64,000 nt of DNA from an uncultured beta proteobacterium (GTDB lineage: Bacteria > Pseudomonadota > Gammaproteobacteria > Burkholderiales > Casimicrobiaceae): the NCBI GenBank assembly GCA_963798655.1, contig CAWCUH010000007.1, positions 303,423 to 367,422 of the forward strand. The letters are read 5' to 3'. Position numbers and translations under genes: made by a program. Below the pieces are notes generated by a model. That model ran no database searches and was not told where the DNA came from. It was given only the letters and a program-made list of their open reading frames with translations. Each line of letters starts with the position of its first letter. The first letter of the stretch is position 1. This document shows, piece by piece, positions 19,817 through 28,148 of the stretch.

Positions 19817-21099
19817 GCGTCCTCGCGCGCGACGCGCGCCGCCTCGTCCTCGTCGACGAGCAGCAGCAGCAGACCGCCGAGCGCGAACATCGAGACGATC
19901 GATGCGACGCCGGCACGCGAGCTGCCGCTCCACAGCGCAACGACGCCGATCAGCAGCGGTCCGAGCACCGCGGCGAACTTGCCGAGCATGTTGTAGAAGC
20001 CGAAGAACTCGCCGGACTTCGCCGGCGGCACCATCCGCGCGAACACCGAGCGCGACAGCGACTGCACGCCGCCCTGCACAACGCCGACCACGGCCGCGAG
20101 CACGTAGAACTCCCACGCCGTCGACATGAAGTAGCTCCAGACGGTGACCGCGGCGTAGATCGCGATGCCGGCGCCAATCGCGCGCCGTGCGCCGAGCCGC
20201 GCTCCGATCCGCCCGTACATGATCGTCGCGGGAAAGCCGACGAACTGCGTGATCAGCAGCGCGGCGATCAGGTGACGCTCGTCGAGGCCGATCGCAAGCC
20301 CGTAGTCGAGCGCCATCCGCGCGATCGTGCCGATGCCGTCGATGTAGAGCCAGTATGCGACGAGAAACAGCGCGGCGGCGCGGTAGCGGCGCAGCTCGCG
20401 CAATGTGATCGCGAGCCGTCGCAGGCTTGCCATGATCGCGGCACCGCGTGCGCGCCGGCGCTGCTCGTGCACGAGCAGCGCGAGCGGCACGGTGAACAAA
20501 GCCCACCAGACAGCGACCGCGACGAATGACACGCGAACCGCAGCCGTCGCGTCGGCGACCCCGAAGCGTTGCGGCCACGACGCCATTGCAACGTTGAGCG
20601 CGAACAGCACGCCGCCGCCGAGATAGCCGAGCGCAAATCCGAGCGCCGACACGCGGTGCCACTGCGACGGCGGCGCGACGTCGACGAGCAGCGCGTCGTA
20701 ATACATGTTGGCGGCGGAAAACCCGATCGTTGCGACGACGTACAGCGCGATCGCGAGCGTCGCGTCGCCGCGCGCGACGAGCGCGAGCGCGGCCGTGGTT
20801 GCCATGCCGAGCGCCGCGAATACGAGCAGGTCGCGCTTCCTCGTCCCGCCTCGATCGGCGATCGCGCCGAGCACCGGCGACAGCGCGGCGATCGCGACGC
20901 TGCCGATCGCGTTGGCGACGCCGAGCTCGAACGTGCTCTGCGTCGGATCGCTTGCGACGCTCCAGTAGCGCTTGAGCATCAGCGGGAAGAACGCCGACAT
21001 GACGGTGATCGCGAACACCGAGTTCGCCCAGTCGTAGAACGCCCATGCGAGCGCGGTCCTCGTCGAGCCTGGTGCGGGCGGCGTTTTCGGGCGGTTCAA
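19813..21099 (-). CDS. MFS transporter (UMF1/Atg22-like family)
   Basis: 428 aa, about 12 TM helices, N-terminus ALAWAFYDWANSVFAITVMSAFFP. It converges on the hemerythrin gene, with stops sharing CTAG. Confidence 0.85.
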   Translation of the reverse strand: MNRPKTPPAPGSTRTALAWAFYDWANSVFAITVMSAFFPLMLKRYWSVASDPTQSTFELGVANAIGSVAIAALSPVLGAIADRGGTRKRDLLVFAALGMATTAALALVARGDATLAIALYVVATIGFSAANMYYDALLVDVAPPSQWHRVSALGFALGYLGGGVLFALNVAMASWPQRFGVADATAAVRVSFVAVAVWWALFTVPLALLVHEQRRRARGAAIMASLRRLAITLRELRRYRAAALFLVAYWLYIDGIGTIARMALDYGLAIGLDERHLIAALLITQFVGFPATIMYGRIGARLGARRAIGAGIAIYAAVTVWSYFMSTAWEFYVLAAVVGVVQGGVQSLSRSVFARMVPPAKSGEFFGFYNMLGKFAAVLGPLLIGVVALWSGSSRAGVASIVSMFALGGLLLLLVDEDEAARVAREDA

Positions 21100-21142
21100 T
21101 GTCGGGCTCGCTGCGCGCGGCCCGCCATTCTAATTGTCCGCC

Positions 21143-22537
21143 CTAGATGACTTTGCTGTACTTCGCTTTCTCGGTCGCCTCGCGCAGATAGCGATCGAAC
21201 AGCATCGCAACGATGCGAACGAGCAGCCGGCCGCGCGGCGTGACGACGATGCGGTCGGCGTCGACATCGACGAGACCGTCGTTGGCGAGCGGCGCGAGCG
21301 CGGCGAGCTCCGGCGCGAAGTAGTCGTCGAAGCGGATGCCGTGCGTCGCGCCGAACGCGGCGAAGTCGAGATCGAAGTCGCACATCAGCCGCTGGATCGC
21401 ATCGCGGCGAACGACGTCGTCACCGCTCAGCTCGACGCCGCGCATCACAGGCAGCGCGCCCCGGTCGAGCCGCTCGTAGTACTCGTCGAGCGTCCTGTAG
21501 TTCGCCGCGTACGAGCGGCCGACCTTGCCGATCGCGGAGACCCCGAATGCGAGCATGTCGCAGTCCGGCTTCGTCGAGTAGCCCTGGAAGTTGCGTTGCA
21601 GCTTGCGCTCGCGCTGCGCGACCGCGAGCTCGTCGGTCGGCTTCGCGAAATGGTCCATGCCGATGTACGTGTAGCCGGCCGCGCCGAGCTTGTCGATCGC
21701 GAGCGCGAGGATCGCGAGCGATGCGTCGGGCGAGGGCACGTCGGCGAGGTCGATGCGCCGCTGCGGCTTGAACAGGTGCGGCACGTGCGCGTAGCGGTAG
21801 AGCGCGATGCGGTCGGGGCCGACGGCAACGACGCGATCGAGCGTGCGCGAGAAGCCTTCGACGGTCTGCTTCGGCAGTCCATAGATCAGGTCGGCGTTCA
21901 CCGACACGAAGCCGTTCGCACGCGCCGCATCGATCACCGTGAGCGTCTCTTCCTCGCTCTGGATGCGGTTCACCGCCTTCTGCACGACCGGATCGAAGTC
22001 CTGGATGCCGACCGAGATACGATTGAAGCCCTGTGCGCCGAGGAACGCGATCGTCGACGCGTCGACCTTGCGCGGGTCGACCTCGATCGAGATCTCCGCC
22101 TGCGGCGAGAAGTCGAACGCGCCGCGCAGCATGCCCATCAGCGTCGCCATCTCGTCGTGCGACAGGAACGTCGGCGTGCCGCCGCCCCAGTGCAGCTGCT
22201 CGACCTTCGGCGCGCCCTCGACCAGCGCGCTCACCATGCCGATCTCGCGCTCGAGATAACGGATGTACTTGGCCGAGCGTCCGTGGTCCTTCGTGATCAC
22301 CTTGTTGCAGGCGCAGTAGAAGCACAGCGTGTTGCAGAACGGCAGGTGCACGTAGAGCGACAGCGGCTGGCCCGGACGCTCGTTTCGCGCGTTCAGCGCG
22401 TCGACGTAGCTCGCCGCGGTGAAGCCGTCGTGGAAGCGGTCGGCGGTCGGGTACGACGTGTAGCGCGGACCGGACGCGTCGTACTTGCGCACGAGCGCGG
22501 TGTCGAGCACGAGCTCCGAGGGGCGTGCGGAAGTCAT
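21143..22537 (-). CDS. hemN: oxygen-independent coproporphyrinogen III oxidase (radical SAM)
   Basis: 464 aa from ATG 22537: MTSARPSELVLDTALVRKYDASGPRYTSYPTADRF..., with radical-SAM LYVHLPFCNTLCFYCACN. The track ORF is artificially extended to 23692. Confidence 0.92.
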   Translation of the reverse strand: MTSARPSELVLDTALVRKYDASGPRYTSYPTADRFHDGFTAASYVDALNARNERPGQPLSLYVHLPFCNTLCFYCACNKVITKDHGRSAKYIRYLEREIGMVSALVEGAPKVEQLHWGGGTPTFLSHDEMATLMGMLRGAFDFSPQAEISIEVDPRKVDASTIAFLGAQGFNRISVGIQDFDPVVQKAVNRIQSEEETLTVIDAARANGFVSVNADLIYGLPKQTVEGFSRTLDRVVAVGPDRIALYRYAHVPHLFKPQRRIDLADVPSPDASLAILALAIDKLGAAGYTYIGMDHFAKPTDELAVAQRERKLQRNFQGYSTKPDCDMLAFGVSAIGKVGRSYAANYRTLDEYYERLDRGALPVMRGVELSGDDVVRRDAIQRLMCDFDLDFAAFGATHGIRFDDYFAPELAALAPLANDGLVDVDADRIVVTPRGRLLVRIVAMLFDRYLREATEKAKYSKVI

Positions 22538-22571
22538 GCGGAGATTATTGTTCCCACCCCCGTTACAGGGC

Positions 22572-22585
22572 TTGACCGGCGTCAA
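22572..22585 (-). promoter_or_regulatory. FNR/Anr-type box TTGAC-N4-GTCAA upstream of hemN
   Basis: Perfect palindrome TTGACCGGCGTCAA centred 41.5 nt upstream of the A of the hemN ATG. An AATAAT hexamer lies at 22544-22549 (-12 to -7 relative to that A). Confidence 0.5.
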
Positions 22586-23511
22586 GCGTCGTCGCGGCCG
22601 GCACCCGACTTCAGCTGCAGCGCCCGGGCGTACAGCTCGTCGCGCGGAAGCCCGGTGGCTGCCGCCGCGACACGGGCGGCGCGGGCAGGCGCGAGCTCGT
22701 CGACCAGGGCACGCAGCAGCCGGTCGACGTCCGGGGCATCGACCGGCCCTGCGGGGGCCGCCGGCGCATCGACGACGAGCACGAACTCGCCGCGCTCGCG
22801 GTTCGCGTCCGCGCCGATCCACGCGTCGGCATCGGCGAGCGGCATCGATGCGATCGTCTCGAACTTCTTCGTGAGCTCGCGCGCTACGACGACGGTGCGC
22901 TCGCCGCCAAGCGCCCGTGCGAGCACGCGCAGCGTCGCGCGCACGCGGTGCGGCGCCTCGTAGATCGCGAGCGCGAACGGCAGCCGCGCAAGCGAGGCGA
23001 GCAGCTCCTCGCGCGCCTTCACCGTCGACGGGAGGAAGCCGACGAAGACGAAACGCTCCGCCGCGAGACCGGCCGCCGACACCGCCGCCATCACGGCGCT
23101 CGGCCCGGGGATCGGAACGACCGGGAGCCCGGCATCGCGCACGGCGCGCACGAGCCGCGCGCCCGGGTCGCTCACTGCAGGCGTGCCGGCATCGGTCACC
23201 AGAGCGACGCTCCTGCCGCTCGCGAGCGCGTCGACGATCGCCGGTGCGCGCCGCGCCTCGTTGTGCGCATGGATCGCGCTCGCCCGGCGCGCAATGCCGA
23301 ACCGCGCGAGCAGCACGGCGGTCACGCGCGTGTCCTCGGCGACGACGAGGTCTGCCTGCGCCAGCACGTCGAGCGCGCGCAGCGACACGTCGCGCAGGTT
23401 TCCGAGCGGAGTCGCGACAACATATAATGTGCCGCGATCGGGCCGAAAGATCGCCGCGCCGCCTTCCCGGGTCCCGGCCGGCCGCTCGTCGTCCGCCTGC
23501 GCGTCGCTCAA
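22582..23511 (-). CDS. rsmI: 16S rRNA (cytidine1402-2'-O)-methyltransferase
   Basis: 309 aa with LYVVATPLGNLRDVSLRALDVLAQADLVVAEDTR and ALVTDAGTPAVSDPG (tetrapyrrole-methylase fold, RsmI pattern). Confidence 0.85.
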   Translation of the reverse strand: MSDAQADDERPAGTREGGAAIFRPDRGTLYVVATPLGNLRDVSLRALDVLAQADLVVAEDTRVTAVLLARFGIARRASAIHAHNEARRAPAIVDALASGRSVALVTDAGTPAVSDPGARLVRAVRDAGLPVVPIPGPSAVMAAVSAAGLAAERFVFVGFLPSTVKAREELLASLARLPFALAIYEAPHRVRATLRVLARALGGERTVVVARELTKKFETIASMPLADADAWIGADANRERGEFVLVVDAPAAPAGPVDAPDVDRLLRALVDELAPARAARVAAAATGLPRDELYARALQLKSGAGRDDA

Positions 23512-23526
23512 CTCGAAGCCTTTCGA

Positions 23527-24666
23527 TTGTCAATGACGTCCAACCGCGCCGCGGCGCTCGTACGCTTCGCGCTCGCGGCCGTCGTGCTTGCGCTTGCCCG
23601 GCCGGCATTGTCGTTGGCGCAGACCGGCGCCGCAACCGAATCGCCGAGGGCGACGTCACGAGCCGTGCCGATGAACGCAGTGCCGGCACCACCGCCGGCC
23701 GTCGTGCCGGCGCCCGGGGAAGTGCGTATTGCGCTCGTGCTCCCGCTCGACTCGCCCGCCTATGGGCGTGCAGCCGACGCGCTGCGCTCGGGATTTCTGG
23801 CGGCTGCCGCCGCAGCCGGCACGAAGGTCGTCGTCTTCGCGCACGGCGACGGCGGCGTGCAGCAGGCGTTCACCCAGGCGCGCACCGCGGGTTCGCGCGT
23901 GATCGTCGGGCCGTTGCTGCGCGACGACGTCAAATGGGTTGCGCTCACCACCGATCCGCTGCCGTGGACGATCGCGCTGAACCAGCTCGACGACGTGACG
24001 CCGGTGTCCGATCACGTCGTGATGCTCGCGCTGTCGATCGAGAGCGACGCGCGGCAGATCGCTCGCCGCGTCGCCACCGACGGCGCGCAGACGATCGCCA
24101 TCGTCACCACCGACGCGGCGTTGTCGAAGCGCTTCGCGTCCGCGTTCACCGGCGAATGGATCCTGCAGGGCGGCGACCCGCCGGTCGATCTGCACTTCGA
24201 CCGGCCGCCTGAAATGCTCGCCGCGATCCGCACGGAGCTCAACAAGCGCCGCGTCGACGCCGTCGTGCTCGCGCTCGACGCACGCGAGGCGGCGATCCTC
24301 AAACCTTATCTCGGTCAGCTTCCCGTCTACGCGGGGAGCCAGGTCAACGACAACGTGTCGACCGCGACAATGCGCGATCTGGACAACGTTCGCTTTGTCG
24401 AGATTCCGTGGCTTGCCGACCCGGACGCGCGCGCGTTTGCCGGCATTGCGCGGCCCGGTTTCGACAGTCTGGTGCTGCAGCGCCTGTACGCGCTCGGCAT
24501 CGACGCGTTCCATGTCGCGCAAGCGTTCGTCGATGGCGCGCCGCAAGGCCTCGAGCTCGACGGTGCGACGGGACATCTTTCGCTCGACCGCACGCGGCAG
24601 TTCAGTCGCGATTCAACGCTCGTCCAGTTTCGAAGCGGCGACATCGTGCCACTCGACACGCGCTAG
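23527..24666 (+). CDS. penicillin-binding protein activator (LpoA/YraM-like periplasmic lipoprotein)
   Basis: 379 aa with a signal peptide and PBP-type-I-like body. It keeps the conserved synteny rsmI / lpoA-yraN-diaA-dolP. Confidence 0.7.
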   Translation: MSMTSNRAAALVRFALAAVVLALARPALSLAQTGAATESPRATSRAVPMNAVPAPPPAVVPAPGEVRIALVLPLDSPAYGRAADALRSGFLAAAAAAGTKVVVFAHGDGGVQQAFTQARTAGSRVIVGPLLRDDVKWVALTTDPLPWTIALNQLDDVTPVSDHVVMLALSIESDARQIARRVATDGAQTIAIVTTDAALSKRFASAFTGEWILQGGDPPVDLHFDRPPEMLAAIRTELNKRRVDAVVLALDAREAAILKPYLGQLPVYAGSQVNDNVSTATMRDLDNVRFVEIPWLADPDARAFAGIARPGFDSLVLQRLYALGIDAFHVAQAFVDGAPQGLELDGATGHLSLDRTRQFSRDSTLVQFRSGDIVPLDTR

Positions 24667-24668
24667 CG

Positions 24669-25037
24669 ATGGCGCGAGCGTCGGCGCGCGGTGATCGGGC
24701 GGAGGCCGGGCGGCGTGCCGAAGCGCTTGCCGCGTTGTACCTCGAACGGCACGGTCTCGCGATCGTCGCGCGCAACTTTCGCCGTCGCTTCGGCGAGCTC
24801 GACCTGATCGCGCGCGACGGCGACACGCTGGTGTTCGTCGAGGTGCGTCTGCGCACCCACCGCGACTACGGCGGCGCGGCGGCGAGCATCACCGGTGCGA
24901 AGCGGACGCGGCTCGCGAAGGCCGCCGAGCTCTATCTCGCGTCACTCGACGACGTCCCGCGATGCCGCTTCGACGCGGTGCTGTTGTCCGCGCTCGATCC
25001 GCCGCGCGTCGAATGGCTTCGCAACGTGTTCGAGTAA
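24669..25037 (+). CDS. yraN: YraN family (UPF0102) endonuclease-like protein
   Basis: 122 aa from ATG 24669: [49 protein letters not shown]. Confidence 0.8.
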   Translation: MARASARGDRAEAGRRAEALAALYLERHGLAIVARNFRRRFGELDLIARDGDTLVFVEVRLRTHRDYGGAAASITGAKRTRLAKAAELYLASLDDVPRCRFDAVLLSALDPPRVEWLRNVFE

Positions 25038-25078
25038 CGCCGCGCACGCCTGCTACAATCGCCCGCCACGATGCCGCA

Positions 25079-25681
25079 ATGACGATGAACGCCGCCGAGG
25101 AACGCATCCGCAGCCATTTCGCCGACAGCGCGCAACTGAAGCTCGCCGCGTCGGGCGCTCTCGCGCCGCCGATTGCACGCGCCGCCGGGCTCATCACCGA
25201 AGTGCTGCTCGCCGACGGCAAGATCCTTTCGTGCGGCAACGGCGGATCGGCGGCGGACGCGCAGCACTTCGCCGCCGAGATGGTCGGGCGCTTCGAGCGC
25301 GAGCGCCCCGAGCTGCCGGCCATCGCGCTGACGACCGACACGTCGATCCTGACCGCGGTCGCGAACGACTACACGTTCGAGCAGATCTTCGCGAAGCAGG
25401 TGCGTGCGCTCGGCAACAAGGGCGACCTGCTGCTCGCATTCTCGACGTCGGGCACCTCGGCGAACGTCATTGCCGCCATCGACGCCGCGCACGAGCGCGA
25501 GCTCGCGGTGGTCGCGCTCACGGGCAAGGGCGGCGGGCGCATCGGGAACATGCTGCGCGACGCCGATGTCCACATCTGCGTTCCGCACGACCGCACGGCG
25601 CGCATCCAGGAAGTGCATCTGCTCGCGCTGCACTGCCTGTGCGACGCGATCGACAATGCCCTGCTTGGAGACGATGCATGA
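25079..25681 (+). CDS. SIS-domain protein of the DiaA/GmhA (phosphoheptose isomerase) family
   Basis: 200 aa from ATG 25079 with [16 protein letters not shown] and [14 protein letters not shown]. Synteny suggests diaA, but sequence alone cannot separate DiaA from GmhA. Confidence 0.8.
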   Translation: MTMNAAEERIRSHFADSAQLKLAASGALAPPIARAAGLITEVLLADGKILSCGNGGSAADAQHFAAEMVGRFERERPELPAIALTTDTSILTAVANDYTFEQIFAKQVRALGNKGDLLLAFSTSGTSANVIAAIDAAHERELAVVALTGKGGGRIGNMLRDADVHICVPHDRTARIQEVHLLALHCLCDAIDNALLGDDA

Positions 25682-26259
25682 AACTTCGCTGGATCACGCA
25701 CCTCGCCATCGCCGCCTCGGTCGCGGCGACGCAAATGATCGCCGGCTGCGCCGCGGTCGCCGTCGCCGGCATCGCGGGCACGGCGCTCGTCGTCGCCGAC
25801 CGCCGCTCGGCCGGCGCACAGCTCGACGACGAGTCGATCGAGCTCAAGAACGCGAGCGAAGTCCGCGGCCGGCTGCCCGACACCGCGCACGTCAACGCGA
25901 CGAGCTACAACGGCATCGTGCTGCTGACGGGCGAAGTGCCGGATGCGACCGCCCAGCGCCAGCTGACCGATCTCGCGCGATCGCTTCCGCGCGTGCGCGA
26001 GGTGCACAACGAGACCGTCGTCGCGCCGGCAACGTCGCTCGGGGACCGCTCGAACGACACGCTGATCACGTCGAAGGTGAAGACCCGGCTGATCGAGGCG
26101 AACCAGGTGCCGGCGAACCTCGTCAAGGTCGTCACCGAGCGCGGCGTCGTCTACCTGATGGGCCTCGTGTCACGCCGCGAAGCCGATGCCGCGACCAATC
26201 TCGCGGCGACGACGTCGGGGGTCGCGCGCGTCGTCCGCGTCTTCGAATACACCAATTAG
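25678..26259 (+). CDS. BON-domain outer-membrane lipoprotein (DolP/YraP/OsmY-like)
   Basis: 193 aa with lipobox MIAGCAA and two BON repeats (LLTGEVPD..., [15 protein letters not shown]...). Confidence 0.8.
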   Translation: MKLRWITHLAIAASVAATQMIAGCAAVAVAGIAGTALVVADRRSAGAQLDDESIELKNASEVRGRLPDTAHVNATSYNGIVLLTGEVPDATAQRQLTDLARSLPRVREVHNETVVAPATSLGDRSNDTLITSKVKTRLIEANQVPANLVKVVTERGVVYLMGLVSRREADAATNLAATTSGVARVVRVFEYTN

Positions 26260-26263
26260 CGCG

Positions 26264-26749
26264 CTGCCGCCGCCGCGTTATCCGGCGAAGATCGCGGCGC
26301 CCGGCGAGGCGCTCGGTCGGATCGCCGCGCTGCGCCGGCCGCTCGTTTTCACCAACGGCGTGTTCGACGTGCTCCATCGCGGGCACGTCACGTACCTCGA
26401 GCAGGCGCGCGGGCTCGGCGCGTCGCTCGTGGTCGCCGTCAACTCCGACGCGTCGGTGCGAAGGCTCGGCAAGGGCGCCGATCGTCCGTTGAATGGCCTC
26501 GACGACCGCATGGCGGTCCTCGCCGCGCTCGCGGCGGTCGATCTCGTCGTGCCGTTCGACGACGACACGCCGCGCGAGCTGATCGTCGCATGCCGGCCCG
26601 ACGTGCTGGTCAAGGGCGGCGACTACACTGCGCAGACGACCGCCGGTGCGGTCGAGACGATCGCCGCCGGTGGGCGCTTCGTCGCGATCCCGTTCGCGTT
26701 CGACCGTTCGACGAGCGCGCTCGTCCGCCGCATCAGGGACAACGGCTGA
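26264..26749 (+). CDS. D-glycero-beta-D-manno-heptose 1-phosphate adenylyltransferase (stand-alone RfaE domain II / HldC-like cytidylyltransferase)
   Basis: LVFTNGVFDVLHRGHVTYLEQARGLGASLVVAVNSD (HxGH nucleotidyltransferase motif). The start is uncertain because the annotated ATG at 26186 overlaps the BON gene; an in-frame CTG at 26264 is given as a placeholder. Confidence 0.65.
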   Translation: MPPPRYPAKIAAPGEALGRIAALRRPLVFTNGVFDVLHRGHVTYLEQARGLGASLVVAVNSDASVRRLGKGADRPLNGLDDRMAVLAALAAVDLVVPFDDDTPRELIVACRPDVLVKGGDYTAQTTAGAVETIAAGGRFVAIPFAFDRSTSALVRRIRDNG

Positions 26750-26783
26750 CGAAGCGCCGACGGCCGTTTGCTAGAATGGCCGC

Positions 26784-27194
26784 ATGACCACCGACGATGC
26801 CCGGGCGTCCGTCGTCGAGCTCACCGACGATACGTTCGACGACAAGATCCGCGGCCATGCGCTCGCGATCGTCGACTTCTGGGCGCCATGGTGCGCGCCG
26901 TGCCGCACGTTCGCGCCGACATTCGCCGCTGCCGCGCAAAGACATCCCGACATCCTGTTCGCGAAAGTGAACACCGAGGACGAGCAGACGCTCGCCGCGC
27001 AGTTCAACATTCGCTCGATTCCGACGCTGATGGTGTTCCGCGACGACATCATCGTGTTCATGCAGGCCGGCGCGCTGCCGGCCTCCGCGCTCGATCAGGT
27101 CATCAGCGCGGCGCGCTCGCTCGACATGGACGACGTGCGTCGCGAGATGGTCGCGCAGCAGGCGAGCGAAGCGTCCGACAAGCCCGCCGGCTGA
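26784..27194 (+). CDS. thioredoxin
   Basis: 136 aa with WAPWCAPC active site and SIPTLMVF. Confidence 0.88.
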   Translation: MTTDDARASVVELTDDTFDDKIRGHALAIVDFWAPWCAPCRTFAPTFAAAAQRHPDILFAKVNTEDEQTLAAQFNIRSIPTLMVFRDDIIVFMQAGALPASALDQVISAARSLDMDDVRREMVAQQASEASDKPAG

Positions 27195-27228
27195 CCCGGC
27201 CTTACGCGCGAGCGCCACGCCGTCCGCC

Positions 27229-28119
27229 GTGGGCACCGCGCTGCTGCTGCTGCCGGACTTCCTGCTGATCGCCGGCGGCGCGGCGCTCCGTCGCATGCGC
27301 GGCTTCGACGCGACGTTCTGGCCGGGCGTCGAGCGGCTCGTCTATTTCGTGCTGTTCCCGGCGCTGCTGTTCCGCTCGCTCGCCGCGTCGCCGCTCGGCC
27401 TCGCCGACGCCGGACGCATGGTTGCAGTCGCCATCGGGTTCACGCTCGCCGGCATGGCGCTGTCGTGGCTCGCACAGCCGGTGTTGCGTCTCGAGCAGCG
27501 CACGTTCGCCGCGTGCTTTCAGTGCGGCTTCCGCTTCAACACGTACGTCGCGCTGGCCGCGGCGAGCCGGCTCGGCGGCGACGCCGGCGTCGCCGCGATG
27601 GCCCTCGCGATCGGCGTGCTGGTGCCGATCGTCAATGTCGCCGCGGTCGCGATGCTCGCACGCGGTCGCGACGTGCATTTCGTCGGCGCGCTCGCGCGAA
27701 ATCCGTTGCTGCTCGCATGCGTTGCGGGAATCGGATGGAAGCTCGGCGGCTGGCCGGTGCCCGAGCTCGCCGCGCACATGCTCGCGCTGCTCGCCGCGGC
27801 GGCGCTGCCGCTGGGCCTGCTCGCCGTAGGCGCCGGACTGACGCTCGCGCCCGGCACGTTGCCGTGGCGGGCGGTCGTGTGGTGGAACGCGGTGAAGCTC
27901 GGCGCATTGCCCGCCGTCGCGCTCGCGCTTTCGCACGCGGCGCAGCTGTCGCCCGACGAGCAGCGCATCGTCGTCGTGCTGGCTGCGATGCCGACGGCGC
28001 CCTCGGCGTACATCCTCGCCGCGCAGATGATCGGCCACGGCAGGCCGGTCGCGCTGCTGATCTCGACCGGAACCGTGATCGCGGCGCTGACGCTGCCGCT
28101 ATGGCTCCTGGTTGCGTAG
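27229..28119 (+). CDS. AEC (auxin efflux carrier) family transporter
   Basis: 296 aa, about 9-10 TM helices, typical AEC composition. Confidence 0.8.
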   Translation: MGTALLLLPDFLLIAGGAALRRMRGFDATFWPGVERLVYFVLFPALLFRSLAASPLGLADAGRMVAVAIGFTLAGMALSWLAQPVLRLEQRTFAACFQCGFRFNTYVALAAASRLGGDAGVAAMALAIGVLVPIVNVAAVAMLARGRDVHFVGALARNPLLLACVAGIGWKLGGWPVPELAAHMLALLAAAALPLGLLAVGAGLTLAPGTLPWRAVVWWNAVKLGALPAVALALSHAAQLSPDEQRIVVVLAAMPTAPSAYILAAQMIGHGRPVALLISTGTVIAALTLPLWLLVA

Positions 28120-28148
28120 GCGAGTGGCGGGCAGCAGGCGCCGAGAGC

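Noticed and set aside
21134-22963. 609-aa plus-strand ORF, and the 849-aa minus ORF 21143..23692.
   Set aside because: The plus ORF is antisense to hemN/rsmI. The 849-aa ORF is hemN artificially extended upstream through an alternative frame of rsmI. The conserved HemN N-terminus fixes the start at 22537.
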